Program-made: the position numbers and the translations under genes
Source of the DNA: Paraspadella gotoi
Taxonomy: Eukaryota > Animalia > Chaetognatha
NCBI GenBank assembly: GCA_051294375.1
Contig: JBJCIZ010000448.1
Location: forward strand, 1 to 59,442
DNA: 59,442 nt
Reading direction: 5' to 3'
Shown here: piece by piece, positions 1 through 15,375 of the stretch
How the letters are laid out: every line of letters starts with the position of its first letter
Position numbering within the stretch: the first letter of the stretch is position 1
The notes under the pieces: model-generated
Database searches by the model: none
The model's input: the letters and a program-made list of their open reading frames with translations, nothing else
What the model was told of the DNA's origin: nothing

Positions 1-1035
1 ATGGACCCTCTCTCGCCACGATTCGCGGCAACAACGTCTGTGACGTCGACCGCATCCTCGTCGTCGTCATCGGAATCGAGTTCGACGTCATTTCCGGAGT
101 TTCGTGACGNNNNNNNNNNNNNNNNNNNNNNNNNNNNNNNNNNNNNNNNNNNNNNNNNNNNNNNNNNNNNNNNNNNNNNNNNNNNNNNNNNNNNNNNNNN
201 NNNNNNNNNNNNNNNNNNNNNNNNNNNNNNNNNNNNNNNNNNNNNNNNNNNNNNNNNNNNNNNNNNNNNNNNNNNNNNNNNNNNNNNNNNNNNNNNNNNN
301 NNNNNNNNNNNNNNNNNNNNNGATATGTATACATTTTTAAAAATCAGGTCAGGTGTTGTCGACGGGTTTGCGACTTCTTTCGTGAAGGTGAGGCGTCGTT
401 TTCGACGTGGCACCCGTCCCGCCGCGTTCCGCCGCCTCGACCATCGCAACCGCCCTCACGCTCCCCGCTTCCGACTTCGAGTGTGTTGTCGGGGTCCGTT
501 CTTCAGTCGCCGGTAAGAATAAAGGATCGGGTGAAAAACAAATTATCAAAGTGTATTTCATCAAACTCAGATCAATTCCCCTCGACCGCCAGAGTCCACG
601 GTAAGAAGCNNNNNNNNNNNNNNNNNNNNNNNNNGTAAAAGAGGAAAGGGAGGAGGAACTTGAAGGTGTGGACGAGCAGAGTATGCCTCGCTCTCTCGAA
701 ACGCTGCCAGTCGACGAGTTTGTTGTGGAGACCGAGCCAAAAGTGGTAATTACATGACTGATACATCGAAAGTTGTTCAAAAACTTAAAAAAATAGTATG
801 GTTCTAGGCAAANNNNNNNNNNTCGCTTTTTTGTACTTGGCAGGTGGACGTTGATCACGAGGAGACCTGTTCTCCTTCTCCGCCAAGTGTGCCCGCCGGG
901 TCGCCTCGGCGTTCGGAGCGGCTCNNNNNNNNNNAACGATTTTTTTTCTCCATGTAGTTTGTTTTTGTCAGTTTTGTTATGTTTTTCGTTACTTTTTTTT
1001 CGTTATTCTANNNNNNNNNNNNNNNNNNNNNNNNN

Positions 1036-4000
1036 AGGACTGTAATATCAGTTTGTATGAACATGTAAATATATGATATTTGATTGGATTTAGTCAATTA
1101 TTAAAATGTTATTAAAAGTGTAAGAAAATATTTTAATAAGAAATAAAGAAATTGTTTTTTGAATTTTGCAATGTAGTATTATTTAAAAAAAAAAAGACAT
1201 GACCTGAAGAAAAAAAGAGATGTAAAAAACAGATGTGCAATAAAGGGAGTGACACACTATTCTGAGGAGAATATGGAAGAGTGGTCGAGACAGAAGGCTA
1301 ATCTTGAAGAGAGGTCATAGACAGAGAAAGAGGGGTTCACGAAGAAATGGGAAGACAACAGACTACCATTGCACGAATGGTTAAAGTGGAAATAAATCAC
1401 AAAAAAAACAATGAATTGATTAACACGGCGGTTAAAACAGGGCTACAGATGAAACTAAATATTAAAATTTTTTTGTCAGTGGCTTCCACGGGCCAGCATT
1501 TTTCCCGAAAGAAACCAGAAAAAAATGAAAAAGCATACTCGGGAGTTTAAAAAATTATGTAGTCAGGGGGTAGGGTCGACAGCACTCGATGACTGTGTAA
1601 GGTCATAAGTTTCTCTTAATATCATTAAATATAAAACAAATTTCTTACTTACAGATGTAAACCGTTTTTTTTTTTTATTTTTTATTTATTTTGCTTTTGA
1701 CGTTTCCCACAGTCTTGACCTCGCCGTCGAAGCGCCTCGGATCTATAAGACCGAGATACGCCCACCACTCGTGGGGGGCGACATCGCGGAATCCCCCACG
1801 CATCATTGCGCAAGGCAACGTCGTACTTGAAACTCGTCAGGTTCCGCAGATTTACAACGAATTGGGACGAAGGAAGCGACGACAGATGAGAATGACGACG
1901 ACGATATTCCGGAATTTTTGGGGTCTACTTAAATCGAAACGTTTACGTCGAGGTCGGGATCACGCGAAAGAGGATATTTTGATGACGACAAATTACGTCA
2001 CGACTTTACTATAATAGACAAAGTGTTTAATCAATATTCTCTAGAATATATTAACCCTGCATGTAACTGTGTCTCTCTTATTTAAAGAACCATGAAAACA
2101 TATCTATTAACATTTTCCTGTAATCAGAAACTAGATTTGAAAACCCTTTTTTTCCAAATAAATGGAGGCCTTAACTGTTTGCAAGAGAGGCCCGAGGTAG
2201 GAAGGAACGAAGACTCCAACCAAAAAACCGTGCCGCCTTGAAGGGCGTTCTCTCGTTCCTAATCAATTTATGAAAGGAATCCTTTGGTTTCGACTCTGGC
2301 GTCAAGGTTACTAATCGACTCGTCCTCGACCCAGGCTCTTCGATAAGGAGAATGAAAGGCTTTGCAGAACTCGGCGGAACGAGACTACTGTTAGTCGAAA
2401 TAGGGTAAATAATTATTTAATTTTTAATTTTTTTTTCTCCAAAGTAGGATTTTTCAATATTCATAACAGACAAAAATTAAGGTTACAATTCGATCTAATT
2501 CCCAACCGCGGCATTCTCTACTCTCTCTTTCTCTCTTCCTTGCCTCAGTTTGATTTCGTGGTCTGCTCCGAACAACGCGTTCTTCGCCGTTCTGAGCAAA
2601 AATGACAATCCACTTGGACCGGGTTTTAACTCGGAACAACGTCTGGAAAATGTGATAGAAATGTAGTTTTTTTTTTATATATATTTATTATATTTATTAT
2701 ATTCTTAAGTATACTGATTTTATCTGCAAATTTAGTAAAATCAAATTTCTTGATGAAAAGAAACAAAGATCGAGTCCGAATCATCTCGTACTCAATCTTT
2801 CTCCTTTTCTTTAACAGCCTTCGATGCAGACGGACGAACCTTCGAATCGATTGAGATCACCAGAGGAGCTTCATCAATCGACGAGGGCAAGAGGAGAGAA
2901 GGAATCCTGATAGGATTGTGGTGAATGTCCGATGGTTTGGTGATGAAAAAAAACTTTTTCGGTGATGACCAGGAGAGACGGAGAGGTGAAAACGCATGGC
3001 GGCTATAACGTCGTCGAGGAGGGCAATGTTTTTACGGGGTAGAAAAAAAAGACATGTGGTACAATCGAATAATCCGATCCCTCTCACTGTTTAAAGTAAA
3101 ATAGAAAAATGTATTAGATATTTCTCTCGTTTCATGTTGCTTTTTTCGTTTTTTTTAAATCAATGTTTGTTGTTTCCTTTCAATTGCCAGAATGAAAAAG
3201 AAGGGAAAAAAATGGATTCTGAGAAGATCTCAAAACTAGAAAACGAATCCAAAGAAGTGTGTCTCGTTCGCTGTGTTGAAACTTCTTGAATGATCTTTTT
3301 CGCCGATGAAGAAAAAAGGAGACATTAACAATCGAGAGCCTTTTGAAAAAGATAACTTCTGCATCACGAAGCGACGGGTTTTCGCCGAAGGTCCGGCGTT
3401 CGAGACTCCCCTGTTCCGTTTATTTGTTGCGCTTGCCGGCAGTCCGCTTTTCGCGTGAGGACATCGGAGGATGCGAGACCCTTCGCTGTCGAGATCACAA
3501 CAAGAATCCCGTCGCTCTTATTCAGATGTGAGTTTTTTTGGTTTTTTTTGTTTTTTTTAAATTTTTAATCAATTCATCGGTTGCCTACAAAAATAATTTT
3601 TAAAAAAAAGAAAAGGATGCGGTATTTTTCTCTCCCGGCGGAGTTATATCCCTTTTCTTTGTTACAGTGCTTCAAAAGCCAGACGATAGATCATGTTTCG
3701 GGGGGACGGAAAGCGCGGAGATTCGCGACATCTCTGGAGGGTACTACGACGAAAGGCATCTCCTCCAGAAAATCGTTACGTCAACGATGGATACATCTTG
3801 AACGGTGCATGCGTAGTTAAGGGATATCGATATGAGAATATACCGGCTAAGACCTCTGGAACTCAAGTCTTTTTTTTCAAATTTGTTGAAAGTTTTATTC
3901 ATCGAAAGGCATAAACCCTTATTTAGTCGATGAAGAACAGTGATTTGTCTTAAATGATTATTATCTAACATTAACTTTCCGCAATGTCGTAACTTTTAAA

Positions 4001-7000
4001 AAAGAATCGATGTATGGAAAACTATCAACGACGTATGCCCGATTCAGACCGCATGAAAATGAACTGATAAACGAACTTTTTCTCCTATACTGGAGGAAAT
4101 ACACGAGAATACTCTTATTTGAGATCATATAGTTTATACAGACCAGTGACCTCTTTACGGGAGTCTTCTAGTAAACGAGTGATGACGAGAGATTGAGCGA
4201 TTAGAGGGGTAGTAAAGAGACTGCTTCTTGAAACCGATTGAGATGCTACTATATTACACGCTCAGCTTATTTGAGGCAACTCCTATCCCCAGAGACGCTC
4301 AACAACAATCCTCTTCCGTTACCATGGTCCTGGATCGCTGCAGTGTGTAGATTAAATTAGTCATAGACAAGTAACGGGACGATAAATATATGATGGATAA
4401 TATATAAGACGATGATAATAATAATAATGATAATAAATAATATTATAATATATGTTAATTTTTCTTACGTTTTTTCTTCTTCTCTTCAATATATGTTCTT
4501 GATTATCCTGTTTAGAGCATTTCTTTCTTTCTTTGTTCTATCTAATTTCCTTTCACTCTATGTATACTGACATTTTTTTTGTCGTCTTTTATTTTTTTCT
4601 TTCTTTCGCAAAGAGTCGATTACGGTGAGGCCTACCGACTTGAAGATAGAATCTTCGCAATGGATATTCGATAGAAATCAGCATTATTATCATGGAAGGG
4701 CTCCAAGACAAGCGAAGTCTTCATATCAAACCTCTTGCACTTCTTTTACCTAATTTTTTGGTTTCGCACGTGCACTATATGTCGAGACTTGCGTGCAGTC
4801 CGGGGTGGGACATTTTGTAATCAACCACTGCAAACGTTCGACATGTCGCGTTCCTTTCTGCGAATAATTTGATAAGATCGGGGCTTTGAAGCGAAGAGAA
4901 AAAATTTTTTAAATCCGAATTGCGGTCTGCTTTCATGAGGAATGTCTTTGTGGATGACGGATAACTATGTTTTGGTCAAGGTGAAGGAACGAAATTAATG
5001 TTGTTCTGTACGGGGTAGATGCTTAGCCTCGAAAACCAAATTTGGCACTAAAACCTTAACCAGTATGTCCTAAGAATACGCCAAAGAGGTGTCTCGGCGA
5101 TTGAAAACAAGGGCAACTGATAAATATCGACGACGATGGGTTAACGTTAATGGATCTTTCTCGAAGCTGTGAAAACTACAAATTCTCCGATAACCCGCGG
5201 TGGATCTTTAATTAATTATTAACGCCCGATTAACACGTTTTTGGAGGGGATAGTCTCTTAATCTTTAAAATGCCGCAAGGCAGCTTAATTTTAAAAGCCT
5301 ATGTCGATTCTATTCAATGCATTGAGCTCTTAACGCACCATAACGACGAATAACTATCATCAAAATGCGCCTGTTGGCGACACTCCCTGCATCAGAGAGA
5401 ATCTCCCCCCCGAAAAAATTTAACTTAGAACACAACGAACCGGATCATATACTGTTTATTTCTAACTTGGCAGGCTTTTGCTTATCGTTTCAAATCAAAA
5501 CATCGGAAAAAAAATTTAATTAATAGATTCAGATATGTACGGCAAAGTGTGTTACTTTGTCGCATAAACGAAAGAACTTTATTACCGATTCAAAGAAATA
5601 AAGATTGGGAAAAGAAACAATATAATGTCAAAGCATTCTCGTCGGGACTGGGACGAGAGAGGCTTCAAATAGACAGTACCGTGACCCCATGTTAGAAAAT
5701 CCGTGGACTGGCGACTTGAAAAAATGTTCTTCTTTTTCGGTTTGAAAGGGGATGCTCTACAAAAAAAATTAACTTTATTTTTTTTCACTGCGCATGGATT
5801 TTGAGGCTGGTCAACCGGCGTTCCATCGATCGCAGCGATAACGCAGTGTTTTCAGGTTCAACACCCCCCCTCCCAATAGCGCCGGTCAGTGAGCAAAAGG
5901 CTGTCTTATTAATAGCTTGGTAACAATAAGGGACTCTATGAGAAGGACTTTCCCTTACCGGGAAAGGAATTAGAGGAAAACCTGTACCGATGTAAATTTT
6001 TTGGATGAGAGAATCAACCGAGAGAGATTGTTTTCATTCAACTTGTTTTAGGACTCAGGAGCATGCGTGGAAAGTTACAACCAATATATTGCAGAAGTTA
6101 TAAAAGCAGAATAAAGGAATACCCAAAAACTGCACGAATTAACTTTAGAGGAAAGAATGTAAATATATTATACAGAGCTTTTGTGATTTGTGTGGAAAAA
6201 AATTCCAAAACATAAAATCTAAGATAAGTATACGGGTAGGGTTTATACTTTTAAAAAACTTTTGGACCACATCACGTCCTACACAGGGAAAAAAGAAATG
6301 AGATTTTTGACTTGTGCAGGGTTGCAACTTTTGAATCTTGGTGGATTTTTTAGCCGCATAAAATCAACACATACTTTTTTGTCACTAATTCTAGTCACTA
6401 AGATGGTTTATTTTCTTACTGCAAAGTCTTACATCGGGAGGCCGCAACGCAACTGCACAACGTGTCAACCCGACGTGTTGGGGAATCCCCGGTCTTTCAA
6501 AAACCGTATAATTAGGGGAGGCTACGAAGGTGCTTTTTAGCGGAAACGAGAAAACTCCTTGTCCGATTCCGATTAAATTTCTTGTCATGCTTCCGTCAAT
6601 TGTCCAAAGTGTTCTCGTTCCAAAGGATGAGCGACAAAAGAATTTGCGGAGAAATTCACGGTTCCTCTTAAGTGCTTTTTCCGGAATAGGTACAGTAGTT
6701 ATCGCGGACAGTTTTTTTGATTGATCCTCACCCACTCAGTTATATCATCAAGGATTGTTACATCACGGCCTGCAACAACGACGAGAATCTCTCGCGGAGA
6801 TGTTTTCTTCCACTTACGAATTTGATTAAATAGATTTTGCGAACTTTTACAGGATTCGTTTTTTTGAAATTGCTTGATCCGTCAAAAAAGTTGTGAGCCG
6901 TTCAAAACTACTGAGCAGTTTCCGAAGCAAATGGAAAATCTTTAAAACAAGTTTCCGCCTATAGAGGATTTTTAACCTCGGAATTAAGCGGAAAAGTGAG

Positions 7001-10000
7001 ATTATTCTCAGGAGGAACTATGAACATGCTTCAAAATTGGTCCTGGCGCAACACGGATAGGGAACCGCTAAAAATTTGTTTCAACCAGGTAAATTGTTTT
7101 TTTAATAATACTGGGTTCCTTAAACGTCGCGGATACAATGAAATTCCTCTTTGAAATTACATGAGGTCGTGGGCTTTAATCGCAGCGACATTTCTTGGTA
7201 AATGGTACGCAGCAAAAAATGGTTAAAGTTTTAACTTTTTGTCCTGGTATCGTTTGTACAATCAGTATCCGCTTCATTCTGTAGAGCTATTTCGAGTCTT
7301 GCCGCTTACGTCCTGTTTTGGTAGCGCACGCGAAAGATCCAAGAGAAACCGGAGAAAGACTGCCAAACTGGAGATGCTCGGATTCTGAAAACTTACAAAA
7401 TTTCAAAGTAATCTGGTTATGTTTATTTTAATTATTTCTACATAAAGTTTATATAATATATACAAATGTTAAGTCTAATTATGATTAATTCTGTCATTTA
7501 TTAGTTGGGTGGTTTCGGGCTGCCCATTATTTTCCTTTCTCGGAGATGACAAATGTTGATGAAGAGGAGGAGTTACCGAACTTTCTCCTACATCGACGCC
7601 AACGGTAGGTCATAGAAATCTCCCTAAAAAACATCCTCTTGTTAACAAAAGGGAAATCTGGTTTTTTTTTTTTTTAAATTAGTTTTCCTCTGCTTGTAAG
7701 GTCTCTATCCGTTGCTCGATGAATGGCTTCCTACCGCACAGTGGATTTGAAATACTTCAAAAACTACCCACCCTGAAACCTTTCATATGTTGAGGGCGGA
7801 TGAAACTGCGTTAGTATCCGAGAGTCGAATTCTTTAATTCAAGAGGCTAACAGTAAAAGGCAGCGTCGGCTAATTTGTTTTGTAATCGACGCAGAACGGA
7901 CATGGCGACGGCGAGTGAAACGTTAATCTTGATCTTGTGCCTTCCCTGCCCATCAACAGAAGGTGAGAATCTTTTCGAAATTGCATCCCCCGATCAAATC
8001 GACTCAGCTGAAAGCTTTAGGTCGTCGGATTATCAAGGAACCAGCGAAGTTGATTTTCACATATTCGACACCCATCCCACCCAAATTTCCAGATTTTGTG
8101 GAGAATCTTTGTACTCCGTTATTATCCACGGAATGGAGAATCAAGAAAGTGCTTAAAATCGTACCGTTTAATTCATATTCGATATTTTGAGGGAGGGCAG
8201 ATACATTCAGTAGCGCCTTAAGGATCAGGAGATCGAAGTGGAAATCTTGAATATTTAGGTACAAAAGCTGATAAAAGGCCCTGTCTAATAACAATAAATT
8301 GGAGAAAATGCACGACAATAGATCTCAAATACCTTAACTCTCTGCCATCTGTATAGGAAAAAGAGAAATTTTTTAAGGTAAGTTGTATAACGTCCATGTT
8401 TTTTGGAATTTCCGCGAAAATAGCGAAATGCCGTGGTCATATTAAAGACGGATTAAGTATAAAGGAACGTAAGCTCCGCTTACCACTCTCATGCAAAAAT
8501 TAATTCAAATTCCTAAGTGTATTTATGGCGTTCGATGATTCACTTTTGTTGCCCAATATCGGCCAAAATCGGCAACAATTAATTCTCGAGCTTATGGTCA
8601 CCAGGTAATATAAGAATATATAAATTTATAAGTGATATATATATATTATATATGATGACATAATTATTTCGATCGCGAACTCGAAGTGTCGACGGAGCAC
8701 AAGCTCTTTTTGGCATGTACGGCTACTCCAGTCACGTGACTGGTCAGTACGTTAAAAATCCGTAATTAAATATACTAATTAAAAATTAATCTTTAATAAA
8801 AATATGGATTGAGACCGTCAAGCTTGAATTAAATTTTTTTTAAACTTGTTAACTTTTTTTTTAAGAATATACGTGTAGTCACTCGCTGCGACGCCCAACA
8901 TCTTGCCCCTTGCAACAGATTTTTGTCGCCCTGAAATATTAAGTCTTTATGTTACTATTTCAAGATACCGGACAGCCCTTCTCTAACAGCTTCATCCGGA
9001 AGAAGTGGCCGAACGGAGAGAAATGAATTACTCGAACTAACACATTCAGCATAGGCACATCGCCCTGACCCAAAAAGCCTCACCGAAAGTATTTGGTCAA
9101 CCATTTTTAATCTTTCAAACTTTTCACTCCCTTATTGGATTTTTCTGTTGAGCGAGGTATTGCTTTTATCGATTTTTATTTTATGATATTAACATATTTG
9201 TCGGTTTTGTCGTTTATGTTTAGGATATCCTTCGTGTATCAATGCTTGCGAAAAAGGAACTTCCAAGATTATGTTTAAAATTCTCGGCTCAAGTCGACAA
9301 AGAATAAATCTGCTGGCTTTACAAAGACGAAGCTAGTAACAAAATGGTCAAGGTTTAGTTAATATCATCGAGCTATAAATATAAAGTAAATGCAGTAAAC
9401 GATAACAATAAGATTAATCTGTAAGTTAGGACGTTTTTTTGTGCGACTTCCAGTTAAGCAGTATTCGATCCACACACTAATCCCAATCTCCCAACTTTCC
9501 TTGGGCAATCGAGCCGATGGGTAGCGGGAATGCAAGACGGGAATTGGGGTCTGTAGCGGAAATCTAAGGGGAGGTCAAGAGAAATGTATTTTTAATAATA
9601 TCACCATCGACGATTATGAAAAAGCCGTGAGCGAACAACGAACAACCAGGAAAGGTCGCCCAACATGGAAGATAAGGAGAAGGATCAACGTATTACATTG
9701 TTAAGGAGTATAAAAACTTCTTAACTTGACGGTTCACATCCAAACGATTGTACCAAATTCCGATAACGATGATAGAGTTATTTTTCACTTTCCTCTGTAT
9801 CTAAAACCGTTTTCATCACGTTCGAAGCAGACTCTTTGAGTTTGTTGTCTATTTCGCTTCTTGTTAGGCCGTTGTCACTACGATTTATAATAATACCGTT
9901 AGCGTGGAGACCATTGTTCACTCCCTCTTGGATACTGGGACTGCCTGCCTCACTACTCGCCGACCAGACTTCTCTGTTGTAGAGAGGCGTTACCGAAGAA

Positions 10001-11868
10001 TTTCACTCGCCTCTCTCGTCGGTGCAGTGTTGATCTAACTTCCTTTTTCACCAGTTTTGTATATACCTTTCGTTGCTATTAACAGATCCGTACGTTATCA
10101 TCGGTGCGCCTGCACGATCGATCGCCAATTCTGTCGAGACGTAGACGCAGAAAACACGGCCTTCGTGAAATTGTACCGAGTGGATAACGAGGCGACGTAC
10201 TTGAGAGGTGACACCGACGTTATGTCCTTCGTGTTGATTCGCTCACGACCTTGCTGCTTATTTAATTATTTCGACCTCGGTTATCGTTAGTCGGGCTTAT
10301 CAACAGGCGATTGTCGACGTTGTGCTGGTACTTCCGTCTGGCTACCTCGTGTATAGCTAACGAGAGGCGCCTTTCAATTTTGCAGGTTGAGGAGGACCCT
10401 TTGACTGGGACCATTCCAACACTTCCTTTTTGATTTTTATTCAAACCCTCATCCTTTTTTAGAGACGGCATAACGACCTAACTAGAAGAACTCAACTCGA
10501 ACTTCGCACGGTGATCTCTACAACACTCGGATCATATTCGGCCAAAATCTGCGAAGGTAAGAAATAATGTTTTAAGGTTGAAAAAAATCTTTCTCGTCTC
10601 TCTCTGATATATTTTTCACTCTTACCTCAGAATAACCTCAATCAAAAAAGGTCAAGGATGGGCGTAGCTTCGTACCGCATCGAATTATCGCATGAGCAGA
10701 AAAAAAATCGCAAATCAGGTGCTATCAATAATCAACTCAACATTTAAGAATTCGGAATTTTAAGATTTAAATCTAACTAGGGAATCGTGGCCATCTGGAT
10801 ATTCTATTCGCGGACCAGCCTTGCGAGAATAAACTCCGCGATGGCAAGAAGACGATGTTGCAATTCGTTAAGCTAATGTTCCAGAACTCCGAGTTCGCCA
10901 GGAATGAGGAGCGCAAATCTAATATATGGACCAGACTTCTACCAGGTTTATTTTTTTTCGTTCACGGCGATAGTTACACGAAATATTTATTAATATTCTC
11001 AATTCATATTTTACGGCGATGTGTTTTGCTGCCGTACCCCGGCAGCCATACTTCGACGACTTAAGAGAGAAGAGGCAGAGTATACACAGCAGCTCAACGT
11101 CCATCTTTCGAAGTCTGGCGACTGGTTCGACTAATAGCAACGCAGGCGAAGATCCGGCGAGCGAGCATTGTGCCTACGAAGTTCAGAAAGAATTTCTTGG
11201 CGAGATGGCGATGTCAGCCCTCGCAAGCCACTCGATCGATTGCTCAACCCTCGAGCGATGCGACACCTGGAGAGGGGTTACCTAAGATGACGAAGATTGG
11301 GACGAGTGAGTTTCAATTTGATCATTATCTTTCCTATCCATATAAAGTTATTACTTTGGTTCATTATCTTCACAGCGACTTCACGACAACTCAAATTTCC
11401 TATCCAGATTCGATCGAGGAGCGAGGCGCTTTACAAACAAGGTACTGGCTAGTACTCCGATGGACATCATATCTAGGACGAGTAAAAATGGACAGGTTTG
11501 CGCAAAGGTTAGTTTTTTTTAATAAAAAAACCTTAGCGATATGAATCCGGATTGTTATTGTTTGTACTTGTCATCGCCTTTAACTATTCAACCACAAGCA
11601 ACGCGACAACCGCTCCTCACTCGAGTCATCAACCAACGTACCCCCGATCCGCTTATCCGCGGCTCTAACACCTGCAATGAAAAAATGCGCCTTCGTACTC
11701 GGAAAGAAAGAGGAAGTAACGATGAAACGACTTCTTTCCGGGTGAGTTGGATGCGTCAATCTTCTCCTTCGACGGGAATGAAACAGATCCAGCTTTCGAA
11801 TGGTTTCCTTAGGCGGACAACCGATGTCTCGCTTGTTTCCACTCGCCGACCGGACCGACTTAGAATCG
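1036..11868 (+). repeat. Error-rich inverted copy of 13380-23658 (paralogues A-C, polB at ~3984-9839, downstream gene)
   Basis: AGGACTGTAATATCA at 1036 is the reverse complement of 23658; both arms end at CCGACTTAGAATCG (11868/13380); differences are mostly 1-nt indels. Confidence 0.92.
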
Positions 11869-13379
11869 AGGTGTATAGACTTGAAAATCTGACCATACAT
11901 GTGTGGCGATTTTGATTAATTATTTCCCTCGTGCTAAAATCGAACTTACTTAACAAAATCATCACGACTACTAATGGGTTATGTCAAGGTCGGCGAGGTG
12001 AATGGGAAACCACACTCGACTGACTGACTGACTATCAACTAGCCACCTTTTCGATTTTCTGAAGGATTTTTTTAATTGGGTTTCTAGTTGTCGTTATCAA
12101 GGGAAGCTATATAATTTTTCTTGCTATATATATATAAATAGAAAAACACTATTACAAAATAAATATCCTCGGCATTTGTTTTTCTTTTCGAGTTTCGGAT
12201 ATTTGAATAAGCACTTATGTTGCCATTCCTTTAACACAATTTATATACAGTTTTAACAATTAGAACTCAATTTGAGTTTATATTTTTTTAGTATTTCAAA
12301 ATTTTTATTTAAGAAGATATTATACGACAATGGAATTCTCTTAAACAAATCTAAACAGGATCAGAATTGACAATTAAAAATTACCATAGTTAGTTTACTT
12401 GTAAATACTTGTAACACAATTATACAATTAAACTATGTGGACCGCTGTTCCGGACATGATATTTTTTTACCTACGAATTATCATATCGGACAAGATGAAT
12501 TATTACTATCGTATTCTTCGTACAATATTTGTATACAAACACGATTACTTTTACTTATAAAGATCAACTTTTTGTCTTTAACACTTTTTAGTTTATTTAA
12601 CGGCAATTTGAATGTTTTGCTTTTTTCCAGGTATCATGCCCATGCTAGTGTACATGATGTAGGTCACTTTTTTCCCCTTACCTCCGACCCCAGATCGATA
12701 AATACAATTAGCACATACGGGTTCAGCAGTAAGATTTCGATTTGAGTTTAGGTTTAAACGATCCCGCATTCCTTATATTGTATACTTTAACGGTTCTGTT
12801 TTTGTATTTTGTTACATTTCAAAATCCAGAAGAAAACTAAATCGCTTATATATTATTGTTGCATTGAAGGTTTAATTCTTAATCTAATATAATATAATAT
12901 GTCTGTGTAGATTTTAATTTCCACACTCTAATTCGACTGAGCGATTATGTTGGATCAAAAAAAATACCACAATTGTTCATACGGTTTATCGAGTTATCAT
13001 CAGGGGCATTTATCGAATCACAAAAGTTATATTTTCTGTAACGTGATTATTTTCGGCTTTTTTCTTTTAAAAAGAAAAATTTTTGCTGTAAATAGTTTAT
13101 TTTTATTGTTTATTCACTACCGATCAGTACCCAAATACCTATGTTTTCTTTGTCGCTACACACGTGTGTCTGTGCTTTGTTTACTGCACATCTTTCTCCT
13201 TTTGCATGAGTAATCGTAAACAGCTGTTACCTGTCTTTGCGAAATATACAACCAGATTAAAATAAAGTATATAACCAAGCATATAACCACACAATTACCA
13301 ATTGAGACAATTTTACTGATCAATGATTCGAGTGAGCAAACAACAAAATAAAAAAAGAAACTCGTTCCGCAGCTACGTC

Positions 13380-15340
13380 CGATTCTAAGTCGGTCCGGTC
13401 GGCGAGTGAACAAGGCGAGACATTGCGGTGTCCGTCCTAGAAACCATTCGAAAGCGGTTGTGTCATGAGAGATGATTCCTTTGTTTCTCGGTTGAGTGAA
13501 TGATCGTCCATGCGGAGTGACTCCTTTGAATACTGTTTGTAANNNNNNNNNNNNNNNNNNNNNNNNNNNNNNNNNNNNNNNNNNNNNNNNNNNNNNNNNN
13601 NNNNNNNNNNNNNNNNNNNNNNNNNNNNNNNNNNNNNNNNNNNNNNNNNNNNNNNNNNNNNNNNNNNNNNNNNNNNNNNNNNNNNNNNNNNNNNNNNNNN
13701 NNNNNNNNNNNNNNNNNNNNNNNNNNNNNNNNNNNNNNNNNNNNNNNNNNNNNNNNNNNNNNNNNNNNNNNNNNNNNNNNNNNNNNNNNNNNNNNNNNNN
13801 NNNNNNNNNNNNNNNNNNNNNNNNNNNNNNNNNNNNNNNNNNNNNNNNTCCTCGATGAATTCTGGAGGAAATTGAGGTTGTGTGAAGTCGCGTGAAGATG
13901 AAAGAACATTAAAATACTTATATGTAGGAAAAGATAATAGATCAATGAANNNNNNNNNNCCCAATCTTCGATCATCTTGACGGTAACCCCGCTCTCGCAG
14001 GTGTCGCATCGCTCGGGGTTGAGGCACTCGTCGAAGTGTGCTTGGAGGGCGAGAATCGCCATCTCGCCAAAGAAATTCTTTCTGAACTTCGGAGGCACAC
14101 ATGCTTCGCTCGCCGCATCTTCCCTGGTTGCTATAGTTGAACCAGTCGCCAGATTCGAAAGATGGACGTTGAGCTTGCTGGTACTCTGCCTCGTTCTCCT
14201 TAAAGTCGTCGAAGGTATGTCTGCCGGGGTACGGCAGGCAAAACATCGCCTGTAAAAATGAGTGACAGAATATTAATGAAATATTTCGTGTAACTATCGG
14301 CGTGAAGAAAAAAAATAACCTGGTAAAGTCTGGTCCATATATGAGTTTGCGCTCTCATTCCTGGCGAACCGGAGTGGAACATGCTAACGAATTGAACATC
14401 GTCTTCTTTGCCATCGCGAGTTATTCTTCGCAGCTGGGCGAAGAATCCAGATGGCACGATTCCTAGATTTAGATTTAAATTTAAATTCGAATTTAAATGT
14501 TGGGTTGGATATTGATAGGTACCTGATTGCGATTTTTTTTCTGGCTCATGCGATAATTCGATCGCGTACGAGCTACGCCCGACTCTTGACCTTTTGATGA
14601 GGTATTTCTGAGGAAGGAGTGAAAAAATTATATCAGAGAGAGGGAGAGAAAGATTTTTTTCCAGACCTAAACATATTTCCTTTTACCTCGCAGATTTGGC
14701 GAATATGATCCGAGTTGTTGTAGAAATCACCGTGCGAGTTCGAGTTGAGTTCTCTATTAAGGTCGTTTATGCCGATCTAATAAAAAGAGAGGATTTAAAA
14801 AAATAAAAAGAATTTGGAGATGTGTCAGTCAAAGTCCTTTCAACCTGCAAAATTTGAAAGGCGCCCTCTTTAGCTAGTAGCACGAGGTGCCAGAGCGGAA
14901 GTACCCAGCAACGTCGACAATCGCTAGTTGTAAATCCCGACTAAGAAACGAGGGTAAATAATTAAAATAGCACAGTCGCGAGCGAATAAACGAAATACTC
15001 GGTGTCACCTCTTTCCAATTACGGTTCGCTTCGTTATCCACTCGACGAATTTCGACGATAGGCTCGTTTTTCTCGTCAGTCTCGAAGATGGCGATTCGAT
15101 CGTTTGTCAGGCGCACGGTATTAACGAGATCCTGATCTAATTATGCAACGAAAGGTATATTACAAAACTTAAAAAGGAATGTTAGATTCTCAAACTGCAC
15201 CGACCGAGAGGTTGGCGATGAAATTCTTCGTAACGCCTCTCTACAACAGAGAAGTCTTGTCGGCGAGTAGTGAGGTCAGGCATCCCCAGTATCCAAGAGG
15301 TAGTTAAAATTGTTTCTCACGTAACGTATTATTTTATGAA
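13380..15340 (-). CDS. Multi-exon hypothetical gene downstream of polB (frameshifted, N gap, cut at the inversion junction)
   Basis: Coding-like ORF pieces (14874-15116, 14200-14457, 13437-14246) separated by short AT-rich GT..AG segments and mirrored in 9900-11868. Contains ECLNPERCDTC. No family recognised. Confidence 0.5.
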
Positions 15341-15375
15341 ATCTAGTGCAAAAGAAGCGAAAATAGACAACAAAC

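Noticed and set aside
1-1035. Possible spliced gene fragment (GTAAG donors at ~512 and ~601, acceptor ~570)
   Set aside because: Many N gaps, no recognisable product and no clear match to the rest of the window.
3984-9839. Second polB gene or pseudogene on the + strand
   Set aside because: Part of the mirrored arm; differences are dense 1-nt indels typical of raw long-read error, not independent evolution.
11869-13379. Spacer as left TIR or as a gene
   Set aside because: No AGTAGT terminus, no copy of the GCCAATTCAGAC repeat and no credible ORF; may be low-quality base calls.
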